DNA from: an uncultured Bacilli bacterium
GTDB lineage: Bacteria > Bacillota_I > Bacilli_A > RF39 > UBA660
Direction: 5' to 3'
DNA: 60,154 nt
Assembly (NCBI GenBank): GCA_944363915.1
Contig: CALVVR010000002.1
Location: forward strand, 1-60,154
How positions within the stretch are numbered: the stretch's first letter is position 1; each line of letters begins with the position of its first letter. Of this stretch, positions 9,408-16,972 are shown one piece after another. A model generated the notes under the pieces. The model saw only the letters and a list, made by a program, of their open reading frames with translations. It did no database searches and was not told the origin of the DNA. The translations under genes and the position numbers were made by a program.

Positions 9408-10453
9408 GCGTATCCTAAATATAGTAAACATTTTTGTTGATGTTCAGGATATGTTTCAGAGTAGTAAGTTTTAGTTGAACTACTATCATAAACATTAGCT
9501 AAAAAGTATAAATAATTATTTGGCTCGGGATATAAAACAGCTTTAATACTTGCTTCACCAGGAGAATTGCCAGGCCCTACTGGTAATCCATAATAAACAT
9601 AAGTATTATAAGGAGAATCAACAGCTAAATCGGCATTGGTATATGTTAATTTCCACTCGTCAATTGCATATCCAATAGTCGCACAACTTTGTAATTTCAT
9701 ACCTTGATTTAAACGGTTATAGAAAACTTGAGCTATCATTGGACGATCCTCATCTAAAATTGCCTCATTTTCAACAATTGAAGCTAAAGTTAATAATTCA
9801 TGAACCGTATAATCACTATTTTCAATTTCTGTTTTATATTTAGATAAAACTTCATCCATCTTATCTAACATTTTATAAGTAATTTCTTCCATACTACTAT
9901 CTTTAAATATTTCATAAGTTGCTGGGAAAAAATAACCTTCTAAATTGTATCTCAAATTATCATTTTTAACTTCATCAGTAATAAACCAATATTTATTGAT
10001 TAATGTATCTAATAATTCTTCACTTTGCCAATAATTTAATAATTCTTCACTACTATAATCAGTTACTTCACTAATGTAAGTAGCAACATCAGTAATATGT
10101 CTTCCTTCAGGAATAACAAAGGATATTGTTTCTGCTTCAGTACCTTGTTCTAAAGTGTTGATGATTTCTTTGACTCCCATATTGCGGTTTAAAGTATAAG
10201 TACCTTTTTCTAAATTACTAGGGTTGAATATTTTAACATATATTTTATAAAATGTTTCTGAGCGAATTAAATTATTTTCTTTTAAAATTGGAGCTATTGA
10301 TAAATATGTACTGTTTTCTTTTACTTCAAAAATTACTTCTTGACTTTCTTTACTAACTGGACTAATTCCAAAATTATAAGATATACAACCAACAACAATA
10401 ATAATTGCTAAAATAACAATAACAAAAATATAAATATTAACGTACTTCTTCAT
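9401..10453 (-). CDS. mltG: Endolytic murein transglycosylase MltG (YceG family)
   Basis: N-terminal TM anchor plus conserved YceG motifs (ASIVENEA, NRL...M.LQS, SPYNTY...GLP.GPI-like). Confidence 0.9.
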   Translation of the reverse strand: MKKYVNIYIFVIVILAIIIVVGCISYNFGISPVSKESQEVIFEVKENSTYLSIAPILKENNLIRSETFYKIYVKIFNPSNLEKGTYTLNRNMGVKEIINTLEQGTEAETISFVIPEGRHITDVATYISEVTDYSSEELLNYWQSEELLDTLINKYWFITDEVKNDNLRYNLEGYFFPATYEIFKDSSMEEITYKMLDKMDEVLSKYKTEIENSDYTVHELLTLASIVENEAILDEDRPMIAQVFYNRLNQGMKLQSCATIGYAIDEWKLTYTNADLAVDSPYNTYVYYGLPVGPGNSPGEASIKAVLYPEPNNYLYFLANVYDSSSTKTYYSETYPEHQQKCLLYLGYAC

Positions 10454-10461
10454 AATATAAA

Positions 10462-10479
10462 GCGAGTAATTTTACTCGC
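10462..10479 (-). terminator. Hairpin between yrzB and mltG (possible attenuator or weak terminator)
   Basis: GCGAGUAA-AA-UUACUCGC encloses the yrzB stop codon and is followed by UUUAUAUU before the mltG ATG. Confidence 0.4.
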
Positions 10480-10762
10480 CATCCTCCATATTAGATTTAA
10501 CTTCTTCTTGTAATTCATTTAAAATTGTCTCTATTATCTTCCATTCTTTTTCGGTTTCAATAGCGGTTAAGTTTAAATTTTCTTCGTTTGGTGTATATAT
10601 TGAAGCATACACTTTAGTATTTCCTTGTTCATCAGTAGTATTATCAGTATATACAATATAATTTTTACCAGTTTCATCTGATTCAAAAGTAAATAAAACT
10701 TCACACTCTATTTCTTTTCCTTTATCATCAATTACTTTAAATTTCATTTGTTCTTCTTTCAT
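10472..10762 (-). CDS. yrzB: DUF1292 / UPF0473 protein (YrzB family)
   Basis: Acidic ~95-aa protein with the characteristic YIVYTD... pattern. Conserved position after ruvX. Confidence 0.8.
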   Translation of the reverse strand: MKEEQMKFKVIDDKGKEIECEVLFTFESDETGKNYIVYTDNTTDEQGNTKVYASIYTPNEENLNLTAIETEKEWKIIETILNELQEEVKSNMEDGE

Positions 10763-10766
10763 ATTA

Positions 10767-11171
10767 TTATTTTCCTTTCTGATCTAAATATGCCTGTAAT
10801 ATAATAGTGGCAGCTAAACTATCGACTTTTTCTTTTCTTTTTTTACGGGATAAATCAGCTTCAATCATATAATTATGGGCCGCTACAGTTGAAAGTCTTT
10901 CATCTTGTAAAACAACCTGATAGTTTAATTTTTCTAACATTTCTTTAAATTCAATTGCTGCTTCAGCTCTTGGACCAATCGTGTTGTTCATATTTTTAGG
11001 TAATCCTAAAACAAGTAAATCAATTTTTTCTTCGGCAATAACTTTTTCTAATTCTTTTACCAATTGACTTAAATTATCGTAACGAATCGTTTTTAAAGAT
11101 GTTGCAATCATGCCGTTAGAAATAGCTAACCCTAATGTTTTTGTTCCTAAATCTAAACCTAAATATTTCAT
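10767..11171 (-). CDS. ruvX: Putative pre-16S rRNA nuclease / Holliday junction resolvase-like YqgF (RuvX)
   Basis: LGLDLGTKTLGLA N-terminus and DERLST/A motif. ATGA overlap with ireB. Confidence 0.9.
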   Translation of the reverse strand: MKYLGLDLGTKTLGLAISNGMIATSLKTIRYDNLSQLVKELEKVIAEEKIDLLVLGLPKNMNNTIGPRAEAAIEFKEMLEKLNYQVVLQDERLSTVAAHNYMIEADLSRKKRKEKVDSLAATIILQAYLDQKGK

Positions 11172-11407
11172 TTAATAAAATTGTCCACTAAAACTTCTAA
11201 AACTCTTGTTCTTTCAAATTTAGTTATCTTATTTCTCGCTTCTTTATGAGAAGAAATATAACCAGGATCACCACTCATTAGATAGCCAACTAACTGATTT
11301 TTAGCATTATATCCTCTTTCTTCTAATATTTCAGCTACTTCTTTAATTGTTTCAGTAATTAATTCAGCTTCTAATTCATCCGTTGTAAAGATTTTTGTCT
11401 CTTCCAC
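11168..11407 (-). CDS. ireB: IreB/YrzL family (UPF0297) regulatory phosphoprotein
   Basis: GYN..NQLVGYLMSGDPGYISSHKEARN core. GTG start at 11407 after AAGGTGGTG. Confidence 0.85.
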   Translation of the reverse strand: MEETKIFTTDELEAELITETIKEVAEILEERGYNAKNQLVGYLMSGDPGYISSHKEARNKITKFERTRVLEVLVDNFIK

Positions 11408-11527
11408 AATAACACCACCTTATTACATTTTAATTTTATCAAAAATTTAAATATTTTACAATATCTAAAACAACAAACATTATTAAACAGTTGTAAACAA
11501 CTTAATAAAAAAAGGACTAAAAACCCA

Positions 11528-12046
11528 ATGTTATTAACTTAAGAGTCAGAAGGACGAGAAACATACAATTCTTGTCTTATTCTATTTGATTAGATAAATT
11601 ATTACGAGTTAAAACTATAAAAATTGTATATTTGTATTAGAAAATTTTCTTATAATTAAAATGACTTTTAGTTATGGAATATTTATTTTTTTTACTGTGA
11701 TTATGTATTTTAGAATCTTCTTCATCAATAATTCAAACATCTCGTCTTGATTATTTCTATCTTCTTCAATGATAATTAAGATAAGTGTTTTTTAACAAAT
11801 CCTACTGCCATATTCATATTTATTTTCATTTCGTTTTTGTATCTAGTTTGATCTATTTCTTTTTGAACATCATTAGCAAAAGCTCTTATTATGTTAAATG
11901 CTAACATTTGTGAATTGGACTTATGTCAAGTTTTTATCCTTGTTACAAAATACTTACTATTACTACCACCTTTTTATTTACCTTAATCGTATCAAAAAAG
12001 ACAGATTTTTTTTAAATCCATCTTTTATTTCTTAAGTTAATAACAT
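11528..12046. mobile_element. Degenerate element bounded by 17-bp perfect inverted repeats (IS/MITE-like remnant)
   Basis: ATGTTATTAACTTAAGA at 11528-11544 is the exact reverse complement of 12030-12046. The ~485-bp interior has only broken minus-strand frames (for example MLAFNIIRAFANDVQKEIDQTRYKNEMK.., then a shifted LILIIIEEDRNNQDEMFELLMKKIL..). No intact transposase and no obvious target-site duplication. Confidence 0.35.
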
Positions 12047-12240
12047 CGCTTTCTTAACTTGTTCTTTTCATACATTTTTTTATTAAAACTATTTTCAAAG
12101 ATCATTTTTTCTACCTTTTTTGATAGATTTTATATCAAAATTTTCATCTTATTATCGGTTTTGTCTCATGTAACTAGTTTTCCATAAAACTTTTACACTA
12201 TCTTAATACATATTATAATTTCTTATTATTTAGCAAATTA

Positions 12241-12741
12241 TTACAAATCAAATTTGTAAATATTTTCTATAATGTTCAATCCACCAACATTCCCATCTTC
12301 ACTGTCGATTATTTTTCCACCTAATGCCGTGTAAAAATTTTCAGATGGATTTCCTTTTAAACATCTAACTATTATATTTTTATATCCCATATTTTTTAAC
12401 AAATCAAAACATTCTGTAATTAATTCTTTACCAATACCTTTTCTTTGATTTTCTTTTTCTATATATATTGAATAAACTTCACCCATATCTACATAATCAT
12501 TTCCACGTCCTTTACCATAGCAAGCAAATCCCAATATGTTATTGTCTTCTTCATAAACAATATAATGATATTCATTATCTTTTTCTATAGCTTCTTTTAT
12601 ATTATTATTTCTTTGTTCAAAATTTTTTTCTTGATTTATAAATATTTTTTCAGGAAAAAACTCACTATAGGTTGTCTTCCATGAATTTATATGTATTCTA
12701 GTTATTTTTTTTGAATCATTAACTTTTGCTTTTCTAATCAT
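12241..12741 (-). CDS. GNAT family N-acetyltransferase
   Basis: Motif A QRKGIGKELI and typical GNAT length. AGGAGG RBS overlaps the stop codon of the upstream amidohydrolase gene. Confidence 0.85.
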   Translation of the reverse strand: MIRKAKVNDSKKITRIHINSWKTTYSEFFPEKIFINQEKNFEQRNNNIKEAIEKDNEYHYIVYEEDNNILGFACYGKGRGNDYVDMGEVYSIYIEKENQRKGIGKELITECFDLLKNMGYKNIIVRCLKGNPSENFYTALGGKIIDSEDGNVGGLNIIENIYKFDL

Positions 12742-12749
12742 TTTTCCTC

Positions 12750-13727
12750 CTATTTTCCAAACAAATAATCTATATTATTATCTGTTGTTATTTTTTTATA
12801 TACGTTTATAGGTAATCTTTGAAATACCTTTACATTTTCTCCATAAATATTACTTAATTCTTTATCTATATTTGATTCAAGATATCCACAATAACTCCAT
12901 GGATAATCTGTACCAAATAATACTTTATTTGAAAAATTATTGCAGAAGAACATCACAAATTCATGAATATTATTTATACTATTTTTTATAAAATAATCAT
13001 CATTTTGTTTTTTTAATAGTTCGTATAGTTTAATTATAGGAGATAAATCAAACCATGTATTTTTTAAATCATTAATTTCTGTTAAAAAACTTTCATCTAA
13101 TCTAGCAACGTGTGCAATACAAAATCTAACATTTTTTAATTCTTTTACTAACGAAAGACATGATTTACCAGAACTATATTTATCACTTGCCGAATGAATC
13201 ATTATTGGTAAATTTTCCTTTTCTAAAAAAGATTTTAATTTATCATCATACAATATTGTACTAATATTTTTTCTATCAGTAGTAGGGTTTATCTTAAAGC
13301 CATAAATATTATATTTTTCTTTCAGTTTTAAATATGTTTCAATTTGTTCATCAATTTTAGAGTATAAACTAAGCATTATAAATGGCAATATTTGGCCATT
13401 ACCAAATATAAGAGTTTCATTTAATAATCTTTGATTTTCAAAAAAATATGGATGTTTTTCATATGATTCAATAACTTTCCTAATATCTTTATCTATATTA
13501 GGGCTACTATGTGTATCTATATTAGTAGGAACGGGAAATGTAACTGAATAATCTATGTTATTTTTTTGCATATTTGTTACTAAATCACTTATATTATTGC
13601 AATATGGAAATGCTCCAAGATAATAATTAGTGAAATTAATTCCTACCGCATGAGTATGTATATCTATACATTTATCACTTAGAATTTCTCTACTTATTTT
13701 GCTTTTCGTAATCAATACAACAATCAT
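12750..13727 (-). CDS. Amidohydrolase_2-type metal-dependent TIM-barrel hydrolase/decarboxylase family protein
   Basis: N-terminal DIHTH (HxH metal motif), internal HSA/AHV histidines and C-terminal GTDYPW, as in PF04909-like proteins. Start is uncertain; the ORF overlaps the upstream gene by 38 nt. Confidence 0.75.
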   Translation of the reverse strand: MIVVLITKSKISREILSDKCIDIHTHAVGINFTNYYLGAFPYCNNISDLVTNMQKNNIDYSVTFPVPTNIDTHSSPNIDKDIRKVIESYEKHPYFFENQRLLNETLIFGNGQILPFIMLSLYSKIDEQIETYLKLKEKYNIYGFKINPTTDRKNISTILYDDKLKSFLEKENLPIMIHSASDKYSSGKSCLSLVKELKNVRFCIAHVARLDESFLTEINDLKNTWFDLSPIIKLYELLKKQNDDYFIKNSINNIHEFVMFFCNNFSNKVLFGTDYPWSYCGYLESNIDKELSNIYGENVKVFQRLPINVYKKITTDNNIDYLFGK

Positions 13728-14649
13728 CCCCTTCTAAATAATTACTAGTTGCACTATATGCTCTAGCTCTGCAACCACCACATATATATTTTTTTTTACA
13801 CTCACCACATTTGCCCATTAGATTATCACGATTATTTAAAGCTATTATAATTTTATTTGTTAAAATTTCTTCTAAACTTTTTTCCTGCAAATTTCCAAGT
13901 AGAATTCTCATTCTAACACAAGGATAAACATTAAAATTTGAATCTATACAAATTGCTTTTGTTCCTGCACTACAACCCGTTATTAAATTATTATTAAAAT
14001 ATTTCAACTCATTATTACAAAAACTTATAGGATCACTACAATCTATATGTTCTTGAATTATATAACTCTTTAATCTACACATTTGTTCAGGCGTTATCAT
14101 CGATAAGTCTTTACCACGTCCACATGGAGTGACAATTTCCAAAGCAAATTTTACATTTAATTCTTTTGCAAGAGAATTAACTTCTTCTATTTCATCGTAA
14201 TTTATTGTACTAACTGCCATCATTATAGAAAAATTGCTATTTACTTTTTGTATTCTTTTTATAAATTTTAAACTTTTTTCATAAGTATTTAATCCTCTTA
14301 TTTTTTCATGTGTTTCTTTTTTTCCATCTATACTTACTTGAATTAAATCAAACATTTTAAAAATATCAACATCTTTTACATTATCTAATGTACCATTAGT
14401 TGTTAAAGCTATAAAAGGAATATTATATTTTTTTAATATAGAAACATATTGTTTTATTTTATCTCCTATCATCAAAGGTTCTCCACCTGAAATCACTATT
14501 TTTGTGCAACCTTGATTATATAATTCTTCAACTACCTTTTCAAATTTATTTAAGTTCATTGTTATCTTTTCTTTAAAAAGTCCATAACAATGTTTACACT
14601 TCAAATTACAAAAGTTTGTTATTTCTAAAATCGCTAATTCTATTCTCAT
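13690..14649 (-). CDS. Radical SAM/SPASM domain peptide-modifying enzyme (rSAM-3)
   Basis: EITNFCNLKCKHC (CX3CX2C), ISGGEPL, and a C-terminal SPASM region CSAG..C...YPC and CGECKKKYICGGC. ATGA overlap with the PqqD gene. Confidence 0.9.
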   Translation of the reverse strand: MRIELAILEITNFCNLKCKHCYGLFKEKITMNLNKFEKVVEELYNQGCTKIVISGGEPLMIGDKIKQYVSILKKYNIPFIALTTNGTLDNVKDVDIFKMFDLIQVSIDGKKETHEKIRGLNTYEKSLKFIKRIQKVNSNFSIMMAVSTINYDEIEEVNSLAKELNVKFALEIVTPCGRGKDLSMITPEQMCRLKSYIIQEHIDCSDPISFCNNELKYFNNNLITGCSAGTKAICIDSNFNVYPCVRMRILLGNLQEKSLEEILTNKIIIALNNRDNLMGKCGECKKKYICGGCRARAYSATSNYLEGDDCCIDYEKQNK

Positions 14650-14915
14650 ATTAGCTCAATAATTTCTTGCGATAACATTTCATTTATAAATGCTACTACA
14701 ACTTTCTCAATATCTTCTCTAGCATTTTGGCAATAATCTTCTAATGCTAAAATTGAATCAATGATCTCATTAACTGTATTATCACCAGTACACTTTTCCC
14801 ATAAAAATGTTTCCATTTCTTCAAGAACAATTATGCAATGTTCACCTTGTATTATAGTGTTAACATCTTCTTTTCTTTGAATTAATTTTACGTTGGGAAA
14901 TCTATGATAACTCAT
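14646..14915 (-). CDS. PqqD-family peptide chaperone (RiPP recognition element)
   Basis: About 89 aa with a PqqD-like pattern (..LEEMETFLWEKCTG.NTVNEIIDSI...Y......ED.....FI.E.L...I). ATGA overlaps at both ends. An alternative ATG at 14954 lies inside the upstream gene. Confidence 0.8.
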   Translation of the reverse strand: MSYHRFPNVKLIQRKEDVNTIIQGEHCIIVLEEMETFLWEKCTGDNTVNEIIDSILALEDYCQNAREDIEKVVVAFINEMLSQEIIELI

Positions 14916-15898
14916 TTGCTTTGGCTTTTTATCCAACAATACGGATCTTTGCATAAATAATCTCCTTTCAATGTGTACGAAAGACCTCTACACCCTCCAG
15001 CACAATCCTTCTTATATTTACATATTTTACATTCTTCTTTGAGTTTATTTACATCATTAATTTCATCAAAAAATTTATTTTGCCATATTTCTTCTATTGT
15101 TTCATTATAAATATTTCCAACTGTTTTATTTAATAAAGCGCAAGGAATTGCATCACCATTAGCTTTAATTACTAAACATAATTTGCCAACCAAACATGGA
15201 CATACGGCTTTTTCTGATATAGCCATTAATGGTGAATCAATCGCTATTTCAACGCCAGTCTCTTCACTGATTTTTTTGTGATTTTCTATCAAATATTTCC
15301 ATTCGTCAACAGATAACATTTCTAAATTTGACTGTTTTCCTCTTCCTATTTTTACATAAGGCATCAACCTTAGTTTGTTTACCCTAAATGACTTGGCATC
15401 ATTTATTATTTGGTCTAAATATTTAATATTTTTTTTGTGTAATACAGTAACTAAATTTGTAATAATCCCTCTATTTACTGCTTTTATGATATTATTTTTT
15501 ACTATATCATATTTATTAGTTCCTCTTATAAGAGAATAAATATCTTCATTTGGTCCGTCATAACTAATCCTTAAAGTTGCCTCATTTTCTTTTAATAACT
15601 CTAATATTCTTTCATTCAGTAAATAACCATTTGAAGCAACACTAATGTTCATATTACTTTCATAAGCATATTTTATAATATCTTCAAAATCTTTATGTAA
15701 TAAAGGTTCTCCTCCACTAAAATCTAAACATACAATCCCCTTACTTTGCATATAATCAATTATTTCTTTTATTTTTGTATATGGCATTTCTGTCATATTT
15801 TTAAGTTCTGATTCATTTATGCAATGTACACATGCGAAATTACATTTGTTAGTAATTTCTACACTTATTTGTGATGGATATTTGAATCTATAAATCAT
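14912..15898 (-). CDS. Radical SAM/SPASM domain peptide-modifying enzyme (rSAM-2)
   Basis: EITNKCNFACVHC, FSGGEPLLH, and SPASM motifs CPCLVGKLCLVIKANGDAIPC and CKICKYKKDCAGGC. ATG at 15898. Confidence 0.9.
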   Translation of the reverse strand: MIYRFKYPSQISVEITNKCNFACVHCINESELKNMTEMPYTKIKEIIDYMQSKGIVCLDFSGGEPLLHKDFEDIIKYAYESNMNISVASNGYLLNERILELLKENEATLRISYDGPNEDIYSLIRGTNKYDIVKNNIIKAVNRGIITNLVTVLHKKNIKYLDQIINDAKSFRVNKLRLMPYVKIGRGKQSNLEMLSVDEWKYLIENHKKISEETGVEIAIDSPLMAISEKAVCPCLVGKLCLVIKANGDAIPCALLNKTVGNIYNETIEEIWQNKFFDEINDVNKLKEECKICKYKKDCAGGCRGLSYTLKGDYLCKDPYCWIKSQSK

Positions 15899-16852
15899 TA
15901 AAACACCCACTTTCCACTTCTTTATAACTGCCTTTTTGTAAATAAGATTTCCCTCTACAACCACCATTGCATTTTTCCCTTTTGCTGCATAATTTACATT
16001 GCGAATTAAATACTCTAGGTTCGTGAAATTCTTTTAATATTGTAGAGTTATTCCATATATCATACAATGTGTTATATTTTACATTTCCACACTTTACTTT
16101 GTTCTCACCTAAAAACATAACACAGGGGTAAACACCATAGTCAGCACCAATTACACAGGAGGTTATACCAGCCATACAATTAACATTTTCTACTTTTTCA
16201 TTTTGCTCTCCAATTATTAATTTATTTCCTAATTTTTTGGTCATATATGATAGTGTTTCTTTGTATTTTATATCATCTATATATAAATTTTGATTTTGCA
16301 AAGAATTACCAAGAGGTTTTACTTTCATCAATTTAGCTTTTAAGTCGTTTTCAATTATAAAATCTATAAATTCATCTACACATTTTAAATTTAATGGCGT
16401 TAACAAATAACCGACGTAAACATCAATATTTAAGCTTTTGCATAGTTTTATGCAGTTGATAGTTTTAGAAAATGTTTTCTTACTATTTTTATGATAACTA
16501 TCAATTTCATCATTCATGCCTGTTAATGTAATAAAAATGCAATTTATATTATTTTTTTTAACTTTTTAGCAATTTTTTCATCTATTAATGAACCATTGGT
16601 AGTTAAATTCCATGTTATATTATTTTCTGCGAGTGATTTTATTATTGAACTAAAGTCTTTATGTAATAACGGTTCTCCACCAGAAATATTAACACTAAAT
16701 ATATTATTTGTCCTTAATTCATTAATTAAAGATTCAATTACATTTATACTTAGTTCATCACGTTCTTTAATTAATCCGTTTCTACAATATAAACAATTAT
16801 AATTACATTTGTACGTCAAATCTATTTCTATATTTAATGGAAATTTAAACAT
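15888..16852 (-). pseudogene. Radical SAM/SPASM enzyme (rSAM-1) split by a 1-nt frameshift in an A8 tract
   Basis: The N-terminal fragment (16852-16544) has YKCNYNCLYC and SGGEPLLH. The C-terminal fragment (16517-15888) has SPASM motifs CMAGITSCVIGADYGVYPC and CKLCSKREKCNGGC. One extra A in the A8 run (16552-16559) fuses them in frame (..KKLKKNNINCIFITLTGMNDEID..). AGGAGG RBS at 16859-16864. Confidence 0.8.
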
Positions 16853-16897
16853 ATCTTGCCTCCTCAAAACTTGAATCTACTAAGTGATGAAGGAATC

Positions 16898-16972
16898 CTA
16901 CCCTCCACCGTTAACATTCATTGAACATGCTGCATAAGTAATAACTTTTAAATTCAATTTTAGTTTTTTCAT
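16898..16972 (-). CDS. Candidate 24-aa precursor peptide MKKLKLNLKVITYAACSMNVNGGG
   Basis: Unannotated small ORF in the only gap of the operon. Its ATG overlaps the TGA of the upstream SPASM-only gene (ATGA), with GGAGGTG 4 nt upstream. Basic amphipathic N-terminal half and a Gly-rich C-terminus. TAG stop at 16898. Confidence 0.6.
   Translation of the reverse strand: MKKLKLNLKVITYAACSMNVNGGG

Noticed and set aside
16853-16897. The 24-aa ORF is in the same reading frame as the downstream rSAM-1 start (45 nt apart), which raised the idea of stop-codon read-through fusing peptide and enzyme.
   Set aside because: Three in-frame stops (TAG, then TAG TAG) lie between them, and a strong AGGAGG RBS serves the rSAM ATG. 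Separate translation is far more likely.
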